Shown in pieces: positions 40,581 to 51,598 of a stretch of 64,000 nt of DNA (positions are counted from its first letter, which is position 1; the number at the start of each line of letters is the position of its first letter). A program made the position numbers and the translations under genes. The notes under the pieces were generated by a model. It searched no databases and was not told where the DNA came from. It was given only the letters and a program-made list of their open reading frames with translations. The DNA comes from an uncultured Spirochaetota bacterium (GTDB taxonomy: Bacteria; Spirochaetota; Spirochaetia; SZUA-6; Fen-1364), in assembly GCA_963781885.1 (NCBI GenBank), contig CAWAHW010000001.1, positions 448,001-512,000 on the forward strand, given 5' to 3'.

Positions 40581-41921
40581 ATGCGGCTGGAAACGAAGTT
40601 CGTCTTCCTGATCGTGGGCACGATCGTCGTTCCCCTGGTCACGATATTCCTCATGGTGCTGGTGGCCTTTGCATTCCTTCCCGACCGGACGGGGTTCACG
40701 GCCGCCGTGCGCACCGCGTTTGTCGCCGATTCCCTCCGTCACCGATCCATCTCCCCCGGCGACATCGTGCCGTTCGTGCGCGAGGCATCTCCCGCCCTGG
40801 AGGTGATGGTCTTCGACGATCGCGGCACGCTCATCTCCTCCACCCTCCCCACCGACTCGCTCACGGAGCTTTTGTCCGGCGGCGCCAGCTCGCGGTTCCT
40901 TGCTTTCAACAAGTTCCCCATGCGCGCGCCCGACGGCACGCGCTATGCAATGGCCATCGGCATCCCCATGAAGGATGCGTCGCAGGCGCCGTGGCAACGC
41001 TATATCCCGATGATCGCCCTCCTGTCGCTGCTGGCGTTCATGACGCTGATGTCGGTGGTCATCATCCGGTCCATCAACGTGTCCATCGCGCACCTGGAGG
41101 AGGGCACGCGGCGCATCAGTGAAGGAAACCTCGACTTCGAGCTCACCGCGCGGGGAAATGACCGCATCGCCTCTCTCACGCGCTCGTTTGACGACATGCG
41201 CCGGCGCGTCCAGGAGGAGACCGCCACCCGCTCGCGCTTCATCATGGCGGTGTCCCATGACCTGAAGACCCCGCTCGCGAGCATCACGGGCTACGTCGAC
41301 GCAATAGGCGACGGGATTGCTTCCGACCCGGGGCAGCTGGAGAGATACCTTGCCATCATCCGCGACAAGGCGGGCCTCCTGGGCAGCAGGATCGGCCAGC
41401 TCATCGACTACGTGAAGCTCGATACGGCGGACTGGAGGCGCTCGCGGGAGAGCGTCCTGCTGCTCCCCTTCCTCAACGAGGCGGTGACCGTGTTCCGCAC
41501 CGAGGCGGAGGTGCGGGGATTCGGATTCGACTCCTCGATCGACATCGGCCCGGACACCTTCATATTCATGGATGCCGACCTGGTCTACCGGGCGCTGGAA
41601 AACCTCGTGCAGAACGCCTTTCGCTACGGGGAGGCCTCCTCCACGATTGCGTTCCGCGCCGGTGCAGCCGATGGCCGCATCACCCTCGCCGTCACGAATC
41701 GGGGCACGCCAATCCCCCCCGAGGACCTTCCCTTTATCTTCGAGCCATTCTTCCGCGGCACCCGGGCGCGCCGGGAGGGCGGCTTCGGCCTGGGGCTGTC
41801 TGTCGTGAAGTCCGTCGTGGCGAGCCACGGCTGGAGCATCACGGCGGTGTCTCGTGACGGCAGCACGTCTTTTGCCATCGAGATTCCGCCCGCCGGTGCG
41901 CAGGCATATAACAAGTTGTAA
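40581..41921 (+). CDS. HAMP sensor histidine kinase
   Basis: Two TM, HAMP, VSHDLKTPL, NLVQNA, GFGLGL. Confidence 0.95.
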   Translation: MRLETKFVFLIVGTIVVPLVTIFLMVLVAFAFLPDRTGFTAAVRTAFVADSLRHRSISPGDIVPFVREASPALEVMVFDDRGTLISSTLPTDSLTELLSGGASSRFLAFNKFPMRAPDGTRYAMAIGIPMKDASQAPWQRYIPMIALLSLLAFMTLMSVVIIRSINVSIAHLEEGTRRISEGNLDFELTARGNDRIASLTRSFDDMRRRVQEETATRSRFIMAVSHDLKTPLASITGYVDAIGDGIASDPGQLERYLAIIRDKAGLLGSRIGQLIDYVKLDTADWRRSRESVLLLPFLNEAVTVFRTEAEVRGFGFDSSIDIGPDTFIFMDADLVYRALENLVQNAFRYGEASSTIAFRAGAADGRITLAVTNRGTPIPPEDLPFIFEPFFRGTRARREGGFGLGLSVVKSVVASHGWSITAVSRDGSTSFAIEIPPAGAQAYNKL

Positions 41922-41993
41922 GAATTTTTCATTCCGTGAAAATTGTCTTTCTCTCCCCCTTTCGTATCTTGGTACGGGAGAACGGGAGAACAC

Positions 41994-42749
41994 ATGACAA
42001 TCATCGAGCTGAAGGACGCGCGCAAGGTGTACCTGCTGGGCAAGGTGCAGGTGGAGGCGGTCAAGAGCGTGAGCTTCGCGATCGAGAAGGGGGATTTCGT
42101 CTCGATTGCCGGGCCGTCGGGATCGGGCAAGTCGACGATCCTGAACCTCATCGGCCTCATCGACACACCGACCGCCGGAAGCGTGGAGATCGAGGGGAAG
42201 CCCACGGCGGGCTACTCGGACACGGAGCTCACCCGGCTGCGGCATGACGCGATAGGGTTCATTTTTCAGAGCTTCAATCTCATACCCGTTCTGGACGTGT
42301 ACGAGAACATCGAGTTTCCCCTCCTCCTGGGCAGCGTGAAGGGCCCGAAAAAGGAGAGGCGCGAATGGGTGGAGTCGCTCATCGCCGAGGTGGGGCTCGA
42401 GCAGTGGCGCCGGCACAAGCCGAACGAGCTCTCCGGCGGACAGCGGCAGCGTGTTGCCATTGCCCGCGCCCTGGTGACCCGTCCGGCCATCGTGCTTGCC
42501 GACGAGCCCACCGCGAACCTCGATTCGAAAATCGGCGAGCAGATCATCTCCCTCATGAAGAAGATCAACCGCGACCTCTCCACGACGTTCATATTCTCCA
42601 CGCACGATGCGAATATCGTCGGCATCGCCGACCACGTCATCCGCCTGCATGACGGAGAGGTGGTGGAGAACACGCGCAACGTCGTGGCGGCAACGGGTCG
42701 CGGAGACGGGGCGGGCATTGGCTCCCTCTCTCCCATCGGGCAGGTCTAG
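41994..42749 (+). CDS. ABC transporter ATP-binding protein (LolD/MacB-like)
   Basis: GPSGSGKS, LSGGQRQRVAIARAL, LADEPTANLD, STHD. Confidence 0.95.
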   Translation: MTIIELKDARKVYLLGKVQVEAVKSVSFAIEKGDFVSIAGPSGSGKSTILNLIGLIDTPTAGSVEIEGKPTAGYSDTELTRLRHDAIGFIFQSFNLIPVLDVYENIEFPLLLGSVKGPKKERREWVESLIAEVGLEQWRRHKPNELSGGQRQRVAIARALVTRPAIVLADEPTANLDSKIGEQIISLMKKINRDLSTTFIFSTHDANIVGIADHVIRLHDGEVVENTRNVVAATGRGDGAGIGSLSPIGQV

Positions 42750-42752
42750 CGC

Positions 42753-44207
42753 ATGGGCGTCCTGATCAGGATCGCGCTGCGCAACCTGCGCGAGCACACC
42801 TCAAAGAGTCTCATCATCGGCACGCTCATCGTGCTGGGCGTCATCATCATCGTCGTGGGCAACAGCGTGCTGGACACCGCCGAGCAGGGCGTCCACCGCA
42901 TGTTCATCGACAACTACACCGGCGACGTGTTCATCTCAGGCATCCCCGTGACGCGCGGGGCGTCGGTGAGCCTGTTCGGGCTCCAGGCGGCAGGGGACTC
43001 GGAGAGCACGCCGGTGCTGCCGGAAATTGACGCGCTGCGGGCTCACCTTGCGGCGGACACGCGCGTGCAGGGTATCACGAGCCAGGTCACCGGCATGGGC
43101 CTCGTGGGCGTGGACGGCAACGACAACCACGCCATCGCGATCCTTTTCGGCGTGGACCCCGCGACTTATCCGCAGCTCTTCAAGGATACCCATCTCGTGG
43201 AGGGAAGCTACCTGAAGCCCGGCCAGGAAGGCCTGGTGGTGTCCCGCGGATGGCTTGCGAGCGCGGACAAATCGCTGAAGACGACCCTCACGGTCGGGGA
43301 CAAGGTGATTGTGAACGGGTTCGGCCGCGCGGGGTTCAAGATCCGCGAGGCGACCATCGTCGGCGTCGTGGATTTCAGCGCGGAGTCCGAGGGCATGAGC
43401 ATGATCGCGTGGGCCAACGCCGACATGGTGCGTATCCTGAGCGGCGTCGACGTCACCGCGGATGACGTGACCCTCACCAAGGACCAGACGGCGCTCCTGA
43501 ACGCGGGAAATGAGAACGACATATTCGGCTCCGCGGAGACGACGCTCACCGCCGCGCAGGCACGCGCGCCCGTCATTGCCACCGCCGCTGCGAAAGCCCC
43601 GGCAACCGCCGCGACGGGGGAAGGCTCCTGGCACTTCATCCTCGTACGGCTGAAGGATTCCGGTCAGGCCACGCGCTTCATCAACGATACCAATGCGTGG
43701 CTTTCAAGCCAGGGCATCGCGGCAAAGGCAGCGGGATGGAAAGCCGCCGCCGGCCCCCTGGCCCAGAGCATCGACGTGATCCGCATCGTGTTTTCCATCG
43801 CCATCCTCATCGTCGCCATCGTCGCCATCATCATCATCATGAACACGCTCGTGATATCGGTCATCGAGCGCACGGGGGAAATCGGCACGATGCGGGCGCT
43901 GGGCGCGCAGAAACCCTTTGTCTGGCTCATGTTCCTCGTGGAGACGCTCACCGTGACGATTGCGTTCGGCATCGTCGGCATCGTCCTGGCCTCGGGCATC
44001 ATCGGGGTGGTGAACCTCGCGCACGTCTCCACCACGGACTTCTTCACGCAGCTCGTATTCGGCGGCAAGGTGCTCCGGTTGGGAATACGCCCCATCTCTT
44101 TCCTGAGCACGCTCCTCATGGTGGCGGCCGTCGGGCTCGTGTCCCACCTCTATCCGGTCATCGTCGCGCTGAAGGTCCCGCCGGTGCGGGCGATGCAGGG
44201 CGAGTAG
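42753..44207 (+). CDS. ABC permease (FtsX/LolE-like)
   Basis: IALRNL, large periplasmic domain, ERTGEIGTMRALG. Confidence 0.9.
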   Translation: MGVLIRIALRNLREHTSKSLIIGTLIVLGVIIIVVGNSVLDTAEQGVHRMFIDNYTGDVFISGIPVTRGASVSLFGLQAAGDSESTPVLPEIDALRAHLAADTRVQGITSQVTGMGLVGVDGNDNHAIAILFGVDPATYPQLFKDTHLVEGSYLKPGQEGLVVSRGWLASADKSLKTTLTVGDKVIVNGFGRAGFKIREATIVGVVDFSAESEGMSMIAWANADMVRILSGVDVTADDVTLTKDQTALLNAGNENDIFGSAETTLTAAQARAPVIATAAAKAPATAATGEGSWHFILVRLKDSGQATRFINDTNAWLSSQGIAAKAAGWKAAAGPLAQSIDVIRIVFSIAILIVAIVAIIIIMNTLVISVIERTGEIGTMRALGAQKPFVWLMFLVETLTVTIAFGIVGIVLASGIIGVVNLAHVSTTDFFTQLVFGGKVLRLGIRPISFLSTLLMVAAVGLVSHLYPVIVALKVPPVRAMQGE

Positions 44208-44216
44208 GGAGAACGC

Positions 44217-45542
44217 ATGGCGCTTTCAACAATCGCATTCAAGAACTTAAACCGGCAGAAGAAGAGGACGTTCCTCCTGGGCGGGGCAATCGCATTCGGC
44301 GTGCTGATCGTGACGCTCATCGACGGCTTCTCCGGGGCGTTCAAGCAGAACGTGAGCGAGAACTTCGCCGACATCGCCGCCGGTCACATCTTCGTGGAGG
44401 GAAGCGAGAAGAGCGAGTCAGGACGGGTCGTGACGGTGATCCGCGACGACTCGGTCCTCACGAACGTGCTGCAGCAGACCGGCATCCCCGCGCAGTACCT
44501 GTCGAAGCGCTCCATCGCGCAGGGCACGCTGATATTCGAGAGCAAGAAGACACAGCTCAACATCCAGGGCGTGGATTTCGCCAACGAGCGCTATCTCACG
44601 GAGCGCCTCGTGCTCTCCCACGGCTCCTTTGCCGCGATGAGCAACAGGCACGGCCTCATCCTGAGCGAGCAGACGGCGACGAAGCTCAATGCGCAGATCG
44701 GGGACAGCCTCCTGTTCCAGCTCACCACCGTGACGGGGCAGCAGAATGTCGGCGACATGGTGCTCGTGGCCACGACGCCGGACACCGGGCTCCTGTCGGG
44801 CTTCTCCGCGTACGCGAATCTCTCCTATCTCAACGAGCTTCTGAATCTCGGCGACGGCGAGTACCAGACGCTGGGCATCTACCTGCCGTCGCTCGCGGGC
44901 ATGGACAGCTACGCCACGACGTATTACGAGGCGCTGCGCAAGCAGGCCAACGTGAAGGAGCGCGCGAAAACGGCGGACACGCAGGGGACGGGCTTCGGGC
45001 CGATGGCGGCCTTCATGGGCGGCGGCACGACGGAGGACAGCTGGACGGGGGTCCGTTACCGGGTCTTCACCCTCGATGACCTTCTCTCCTCCGTCCAGCA
45101 AATCGTGAACGTGCTCAATTCCGTCTCCATCGGCATCCTCATTGTGCTCTTCGTCATCATCATGGTGGGCATCCTCAATACGTTCCGCATGACCATGTAC
45201 GAAAGGATCCGGGAGATCGGGACGATGCGGGCGCTGGGCATGCTCCGATCCGGTGTGAGGAACCTCTTCCTGCTGGAGGCGCTTTTCCTCGCCCTGGCAG
45301 GTGTCGTGGTGGGCTTCGCGGCGGCCGGCGTGGTCATGGGCGTGCTGTCCCTCTTCAACCTGGGGACCAGCTCGCCGCTTTTCATCCTGCTGCGGGCGGG
45401 GCACTTGAGCTTCCACGTGCCCCTTGCGCAGGCGGTCGTGAACATCCTCATCATCGCCGCGCTCACACTCGTGGCCGCCTATTTCCCCGCACGGGCCGCG
45501 GCGCGGCTTTCGCCGGCGCTTGCCCTGCGGACAACCAAGTAA
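44217..45542 (+). CDS. ABC permease (FtsX/LolE-like)
   Basis: IAFKNL, ERIREIGTMRALG, PARAAARL. Confidence 0.9.
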   Translation: MALSTIAFKNLNRQKKRTFLLGGAIAFGVLIVTLIDGFSGAFKQNVSENFADIAAGHIFVEGSEKSESGRVVTVIRDDSVLTNVLQQTGIPAQYLSKRSIAQGTLIFESKKTQLNIQGVDFANERYLTERLVLSHGSFAAMSNRHGLILSEQTATKLNAQIGDSLLFQLTTVTGQQNVGDMVLVATTPDTGLLSGFSAYANLSYLNELLNLGDGEYQTLGIYLPSLAGMDSYATTYYEALRKQANVKERAKTADTQGTGFGPMAAFMGGGTTEDSWTGVRYRVFTLDDLLSSVQQIVNVLNSVSIGILIVLFVIIMVGILNTFRMTMYERIREIGTMRALGMLRSGVRNLFLLEALFLALAGVVVGFAAAGVVMGVLSLFNLGTSSPLFILLRAGHLSFHVPLAQAVVNILIIAALTLVAAYFPARAAARLSPALALRTTK

Positions 45543-45560
45543 AGCGATCGGGAGGTCGTC

Positions 45561-46325
45561 ATGCGCTTTTCAAGAAAAGGAATCCTCATTCTTCTCGCGC
45601 TCGCGCTGATCGGGGCGGCGGGCGCCGCCGCCGAGACGCCGGATTTCGCGTCCATGCTCAAGGCCATCGACGCGAATGGCGACTTCGGCACGCAGGATTA
45701 CTCGGCCGTGTTCACCATCGTCACGCAGAAGCCGACGGAGAAGGATTCCGTGATGCAGGTGAAGTTGTTCCGCCGCGACGATCACGACCAGATGGTGTGG
45801 ATCATGCAGAAGCCCGACGCGCAGAAGGGGCAGGGCTTCCTGAAGGTCGATGAGAACGTCTGGATGTACGACCCCGAGTCCGGGAAGTTCAGCCACAGTA
45901 CGATGAAGGAAACCATCCAGAACTCGAAGGCCAAGAGCTCCGACCTCAAGAAGACCACGTTCGGGGACGACTACACCGTCGCCTCGTGGGAGGAGGGGAT
46001 GCTGGGCAAGTACCCCGTCTACGTCCTCACCTTGAAGGCGAAGAACGACGAGGTGAGCTACCCGACGCTGAAGCTCTCCGTCCGCAAGGACAAGCCCCTT
46101 GCGCTCAAGGAGGAGGACTACAGCCTCTCCGACCGGCTCATGCGCACCGTGCTCTTCCCTCCCCGGTACATCGACGTGGCGGGCAAGACCGTGTGCTCGC
46201 AGATGCTCATCGAGGACGACCTGAACCCGGGCGAAAAGAGCCAGCTCACCATTGCCGACGTGTCGGTGGCGAAGCTGCCCGACGCGACATTCTCCAAGGC
46301 TTTCCTGGGACAATCGGCGCGGTAG
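45561..46325 (+). CDS. LolA-like outer-membrane lipoprotein-sorting protein
   Basis: Signal peptide, KPDAQKGQGFLKVDENVWMYDP, LPDATFSKAFL. Confidence 0.85.
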   Translation: MRFSRKGILILLALALIGAAGAAAETPDFASMLKAIDANGDFGTQDYSAVFTIVTQKPTEKDSVMQVKLFRRDDHDQMVWIMQKPDAQKGQGFLKVDENVWMYDPESGKFSHSTMKETIQNSKAKSSDLKKTTFGDDYTVASWEEGMLGKYPVYVLTLKAKNDEVSYPTLKLSVRKDKPLALKEEDYSLSDRLMRTVLFPPRYIDVAGKTVCSQMLIEDDLNPGEKSQLTIADVSVAKLPDATFSKAFLGQSAR

Positions 46326-46343
46326 CCGCACACGGAGGAAACG

Positions 46344-47867
46344 ATGAATGCAAAAACCGGTTTCATCACGGCGCTGGCACTCGGCACCCTGCTCGCCCTT
46401 CCCCTTGGAGCGCAGGACGCCACCGCGTCGTCGGGCGACGACGTGTTCAACAACGATGAGAGTGTGACGACCACGAATGACCAGACGCAGAATGCCACCC
46501 CCCGCGACGACCTTCTGAAAGAGGCGGCTCCCCGGCTCACCGGCACGTTCACCGGGAGCGTGGGTGCTTCGTGGAACTGGAGCGACATCTACAACGCGCC
46601 CTTCGATCTCCTGTCGCCGACCAGCAGCAGCCTCAACCAGCAGGGGACGGAGCTTGCCGTCGGCTTCGTGGCGCGTCCCGACACCGACATCAGCTTCACG
46701 AGCGAGATACGCACCAATTATCCGTTCGTCCAGCAGATCACGACCGGCACGGGCTCCACGGCATCGACCACCGTCGTCCCCGATTTCACCGTCTGGTCGC
46801 TGTATGCGAAGTTCACCTGGAACGATTCGCTCTTCTTCACCTTCGGCAAGCAGCCGCTGAAATGGGGAACGGGCTACTTCTTCAGCCCGGCGGACGACGT
46901 GTTCGCGCAGAGCGCGGTGGACGTCTCCAATCCCACCGCCCCGCGCGAGGGACCCCTTGCCTTCAAGGTCCAGTACCCGATCCCGACGACGGAGGACAAT
47001 CTTTACTTTATCGCGGCCTTTCCCGCGTCCAACAGCGCCACGACGCTCGCCTCATACCTGCCCCAGGACATCGCCGTGGCCGCCAAGGCGGAGTTTCTCT
47101 TCGGCAACACGGAGCTTGCCGCTGCCGGCTACTACCAGCGGCAGCAGCGGCCCCGGGCAATCCTCATGGGAACGACCGGCAACGGCAACTTCAACTTCTT
47201 TGCGGAGGGACTGGTCGCTTTTCCCGGCACGCAGAGCGAGGCGTATGTGGAGACGGCTGCAAGCCCCCTTACCTGGGCCACGGGCACCTCCGCTTACACG
47301 GTCGTCGACAACAGCGGTACGACATACCTGAAGGCGACCGCCGGCATCATGTACACGAACCAGGACTGGAACTTCACCTTCGTGGGCCAGTATCTCTACA
47401 ACGGCCAGGGCTACGGCACGCTCAGCGTGCAGGACATCCTCCAGGCGGTGATGGACAGGGCGCGCGGGCAGCCCGCGGGCGAGCCGAGTCTGAACGCCGC
47501 AAGCCTTGCCGACACATTCGGCGGACTGGGCCAGATCGGCGTGCACTATGGCGTCGTCTACCTGAGCTGGACCTCGATCGCCAACAGCAAGGCCGATCTC
47601 TCCGTGCTGGGAATCATGAACTTTTCCGACGGATCGGGGTACGTGAGCCCGACGGTCGCCTTCACCATGTTCACATACGTCAAGCTCTCCCTTGGCGCAA
47701 GTCTTTCGTGGGGCGCGGCAGGGACCGAGTTCGCCGACCCGACCGGATTCGCAAGCAGCTTCCCGACGATCAACGGTCAGCCGAACCCGAGCTACAACCC
47801 CGACTATGTCGCCAAACCGACGCTCGCACTGCTCCTGAATGCGAGCGTCGGCACGGGATCGTTCTGA
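46344..47867 (+). CDS. Putative outer-membrane beta-barrel protein
   Basis: Signal peptide, FGKQPLKWGTGYFFSPAD, amphipathic strands, terminal Phe. Confidence 0.75.
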   Translation: MNAKTGFITALALGTLLALPLGAQDATASSGDDVFNNDESVTTTNDQTQNATPRDDLLKEAAPRLTGTFTGSVGASWNWSDIYNAPFDLLSPTSSSLNQQGTELAVGFVARPDTDISFTSEIRTNYPFVQQITTGTGSTASTTVVPDFTVWSLYAKFTWNDSLFFTFGKQPLKWGTGYFFSPADDVFAQSAVDVSNPTAPREGPLAFKVQYPIPTTEDNLYFIAAFPASNSATTLASYLPQDIAVAAKAEFLFGNTELAAAGYYQRQQRPRAILMGTTGNGNFNFFAEGLVAFPGTQSEAYVETAASPLTWATGTSAYTVVDNSGTTYLKATAGIMYTNQDWNFTFVGQYLYNGQGYGTLSVQDILQAVMDRARGQPAGEPSLNAASLADTFGGLGQIGVHYGVVYLSWTSIANSKADLSVLGIMNFSDGSGYVSPTVAFTMFTYVKLSLGASLSWGAAGTEFADPTGFASSFPTINGQPNPSYNPDYVAKPTLALLLNASVGTGSF

Positions 47868-48057
47868 GGCCGTGTGAGACGGCCGCCGCGCGGCGCGGGC
47901 AGAGGCGCCGGCCCCGCCCCGCCGCACGACCTCATGCGCGGCGCCGCGATTTGCTTCATGAACTAAAGTGCTCCATATTATTAGGTGTGAGGACAGCCGG
48001 TGGGAATTTGAGCGTGCGCCGATGCCGTATCCGTCCAGATGAGAGAAGGAGAGCGTC

Positions 48058-48453
48058 ATGACCGCGAGGGTTGAATACGTTCCCGGGGTCTGCAACATAG
48101 GGCCGGCCGAGATCAGGCGGCGACGCCAGAGCGGATGGTTCGGGCTGGCCGTGACGGTCCTGGCATGGGCGGCTTTTTTCATCTTTCGTGTTCCCGCGCC
48201 GTGGAGACTGCTGCTTTTTCTTCCGGCCATGGCAGGGGCAACGGGATTCTTTCAGGCAGCCCTGCATTTCTGCGCCGGCTTTGCGATGCGGGGGGTCTTC
48301 AATTTCGGCTCCGAGGTCGGGAAGACCGACACAGTTGAGCAGGCTGAGTTCCGGGAGAAGGACCGGCAAAAGGCGCGCTTGATCGGGCTCTATTCTGCCC
48401 TTGTCGGAATCGCGGTTGCGGTCGCGGGGTATTTCCTGGTTTTCCCCGGCTAG
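48058..48453 (+). CDS. Conserved small membrane protein
   Basis: AAGGAG RBS. YVPGVCNIGPAEIRRRR..FQAALHFCAGFA, 3 TM. Confidence 0.75.
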   Translation: MTARVEYVPGVCNIGPAEIRRRRQSGWFGLAVTVLAWAAFFIFRVPAPWRLLLFLPAMAGATGFFQAALHFCAGFAMRGVFNFGSEVGKTDTVEQAEFREKDRQKARLIGLYSALVGIAVAVAGYFLVFPG

Positions 48454-48524
48454 GCTTTCACCCGCGCCCGAAATGCCGTGCGGCACGGGCGGTCCTGAGC
48501 GCACCAGGAGCCCTGCTCCTGGGT

Positions 48525-49049
48525 CTACGGGCCGAACACCTTCAGAAAGACCTTTTCGCCGGGCGCCACGACCATCTTCATCCAGAGTCTCGTTGCCGCC
48601 GGAAAGCCCTTCGAGGCGGCGAGCTCACGGAAACCCGTCCTGACGAAGTCCCGCGACCGCAGAAGCCCGATCGATGGGATGTTGTCCGTCCGCGCGCAGG
48701 CGAACGCCTCCGTTGCCCCTGACGTCAGAAGCTGCCGAAGGGCGTCATCGAGAAGAAGCCCTCCGACGCCCCCTGCCCGAAGAGCGGGGATGACCGCGAG
48801 ATAGTAGATGTACCCGGAGCGTGCGCCCAGCATCGTGAACATCGCCACGCCCGCCTTCGCGTCGCCCCGGACCGCTTCCGTCACCCATCGGATCGAAGCG
48901 AGCGTCTTTTTGGCATGCCAGCGGTACAGGCCCGTGAAGCTTTGGTCGAGGATCGGTCTCAGGCTGCCGCGTGATTCATTTGGCACCCCGCGGATGCGCA
49001 GGGCAGAATCGGCTCCCCGCTCCCCGGCGCCCGGGGAACTGGCGTTCAT
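48525..49049 (-). CDS. GNAT-family acetyltransferase
   Basis: YIYYLAV..RAGGVGGLL motif A, N.PSI. Confidence 0.8.
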   Translation of the reverse strand: MNASSPGAGERGADSALRIRGVPNESRGSLRPILDQSFTGLYRWHAKKTLASIRWVTEAVRGDAKAGVAMFTMLGARSGYIYYLAVIPALRAGGVGGLLLDDALRQLLTSGATEAFACARTDNIPSIGLLRSRDFVRTGFRELAASKGFPAATRLWMKMVVAPGEKVFLKVFGP

Positions 49050-49885
49050 TTCGTCAGGCTTTCACAGATGCTCCAGAGACGCTCTTCGCTCTCCCTGTTT
49101 CTGAATAAACAGGGGATCTCCTTCCTGTTCTCGAAGAGCCGACCGGACACCCCTTCGACCTCCGGGCTGCTTGCAAGCCAGACGGCGGTATCGGCGCCAT
49201 CAGAAGGGGTCCGACCGCCCCCACGCTCGCGCAACCTCGCCATTGCCTCGGGCGGCATGTTGCGGTAGAGCCCGGTATCGACGATCAGCCCGGGCGCCAT
49301 GGCGTTCGCCGTCACGCCGCTGCCCTCGAGCCTCCGCGCCAGCGCCCACGTGAGCAGCCTGTCGCACGCCTTCGATTGGGCGTACGCCTTCATGCCGTCG
49401 AAGGGACGGCGCTGGAATTGCAGGTCGTCAAGGTCAAGGTCGCTTGCAAAGGTGGAGGCGACATTGACGATGCGGGCGGTCCTGTTTTCGCGAAGGCGGG
49501 GCAGCAGGAGGGTGCTCGTCAGGAAGTAACCGAGAACGTTCGTCGCGAACGTCAGCTCGATTCCCTCGTCGTTCTTCGCCAAGGGCTGTGGCCCGCGGCT
49601 GGTTCCGGCATTGTTGACGAGCACGTCCAGACGCGCATGCCGCGCAAAGACCTGGCGGGCGAACTCTTGGATCGACCTTCGGCTCGAAAGATCCACCTGA
49701 ATCACGTCGATCGATCGGGCAGACGGGGAAGGGGCGAGCGCGCGCTCAAGGTTCCTGCCCGCGGCGGCATCGCGGCAGCCGAGCACAAGGTCCGCGCCGA
49801 GTCCCGCAAGCTTGATCGCGATTTCTTTTCCGATGCCGGAGGTGGGGCCGGTGATCACGACCGTCCTGCCTTGGAGGATTGTCAT
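49046..49885 (-). CDS. SDR oxidoreductase (retinol-dehydrogenase-like)
   Basis: TGPTSGIG, NNAG, YAQSK. Confidence 0.92.
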   Translation of the reverse strand: MTILQGRTVVITGPTSGIGKEIAIKLAGLGADLVLGCRDAAAGRNLERALAPSPSARSIDVIQVDLSSRRSIQEFARQVFARHARLDVLVNNAGTSRGPQPLAKNDEGIELTFATNVLGYFLTSTLLLPRLRENRTARIVNVASTFASDLDLDDLQFQRRPFDGMKAYAQSKACDRLLTWALARRLEGSGVTANAMAPGLIVDTGLYRNMPPEAMARLRERGGGRTPSDGADTAVWLASSPEVEGVSGRLFENRKEIPCLFRNRESEERLWSICESLTK

Positions 49886-49960
49886 GCTTCCATTAATGCC
49901 CGCAAGGGCGCGAAGATTCAAGGTCTCTCGATGCCTGCGGCCAAAGGAAGCCGCGCCCGC

Positions 49961-50263
49961 CTAGACGAAACCGAAAGACCCCACTTCCGTGAGAGGCTGC
50001 GGGTCCGGCAGCTCGTCGCAGCGATCCTTCAGGTCCTTCTGGAATGCCTTGAAGGCCGGGGACTGCGTCAGGACCGCCTCTTTTTCCTTCGAAGGGAATG
50101 AGGCGATGTGGACGAATGTGCGGCCGTCATTCAGCTTGAATGTCGCATAGTGGACGTCGAGGTCGTTTATCTGGCGCAGGCCGTTGTAGACCGCACGGAC
50201 GAGCGATTCGTTTTCGGCCACCTTGTCGGCCTTGACCTTGTAACGGACGAGCAATCTCAGCAT
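49961..50263 (-). CDS. Small ABM-like dimeric alpha/beta barrel protein
   Basis: VRYKVKADKVAENESLVRAVY..FVHIA..AFKAFQ. Confidence 0.75.
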   Translation of the reverse strand: MLRLLVRYKVKADKVAENESLVRAVYNGLRQINDLDVHYATFKLNDGRTFVHIASFPSKEKEAVLTQSPAFKAFQKDLKDRCDELPDPQPLTEVGSFGFV

Positions 50264-50453
50264 GTCTGCCCTTTCCCTGTCAGTGCAGGAGCCCGAAGAT
50301 GAGACCGGAGAGCCTGGCGGCGTGCGCGCTCATCGCCGGTGAACGCCATAAAAGGGACAACCCGCTGCATGAAGCGCGCCTCCTTCCCGGTACCAAGTAT
50401 AGAGACGCAGATGCAAATCGGGAAGAAGGGGCAAAAACGGCGTGTAAACGGCG

Positions 50454-51598
50454 CTACGTGTCCAGACAGGCGTAGACGGCACGACAGAGCGAGGAGGCGC
50501 GCGCATCGAGGCCGAAGATCATGCGGTTCATGACGTAGCCGAACGCCAGTCGCCAGGAGGGATCGGCGAACCCCAGGGAGCCGCCCATGCCGGGATGACC
50601 GAACGCCGTTGCCGGTCGGGATCCCCGCGGCCGGGATCGGCGAGCATGAAGCCGAGCGAACGCCTTGCGAAACCTGCCACGACGTCCTTTCCCCTGAAAC
50701 ATTCCGCGCTGGCGCGCGTCACATTTGCTTCCGAGAGAAGGCGCACGCCCGGCACCGCCCCGCCGAGGGCGAGCGGGGTGTACAGCCGCGCGAGACCCCG
50801 GGCGCTTGCGTGACCGTTGGAGGAGGGTATCTGCGCTTCCCGCCAGCGCCGCGAGCTTGCCGCCCGCGCGGGGCGCGGGGGGTTCGTGAAGGCGAGCCTT
50901 CGTGCCCTGCCGCCCATTGCCAGGCCGAGGCGAAAGGCGGCGACACCGAAGGGTGAAGGCGGGATGATGTCCGCGGCGCGGGCGATCTCCTCCGGCGTCA
51001 GGCCGACGAAAATGTCCGCCTTCAAAGGACCAGCAATGTGCACGCGGAGGAATTCCCCGACCGACATGCCGGTGATCCTCCGAAGCACCTCGCCGTTCAG
51101 CCATCCGAAGCTGCCGGCGTGGTAGCCGCATTTCGTGCCCGGCTCCCACAACAGGGTGGAGTGCGCAAGGTTGTGCACCATGGCGTCCCAGTCGTAGATC
51201 GCATCATCCGGCACCTGCATCGTACAGCCTGGAAGGCCCGCCGTGTGGGCAAGGAGGTGGCGCACGAGGACGCCTTCCTTTCCTTCGGCCGCGAACTCCG
51301 GCCAATAGCGTGCAACCGGCGCGTCCAGGTCGAGCAGGCCGCGGTCCACCAGCATGTGCATCGCCAGGGCGAGCCATCCCTTTGTCGTCGACCATACGTT
51401 CGCCAGCGTGTCCGGTTGCCAGGGCCGTGTTGAGGCGGCATCCGCCGCGCCGCCCCAGAGATCGACCACAGACTCCCCGTCCATGGTCACGTGGAGGGCG
51501 GCGCCCACCTCGCGGCGCTTTTCAAGGTTGGATTCGAAGACCGCGCGAACGCGCGCGAAGCGCGGCGCGACCGTCCCTGAGATTGGGAACCGGCTCAT
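50454..51598 (-). CDS. Serine hydrolase, beta-lactamase/EstB-like (frameshift near 50612)
   Basis: WSTTK (SxxK), LLAHTAGL, GYH, FGHPGMGGS in the shifted frame. Confidence 0.88.

Noticed and set aside
40551-42797. 748-aa minus-strand ORF (likewise 20660..22000, 33010..34572, 59198..60565)
   Set aside because: Shadows of clearly identified genes on the opposite strand.
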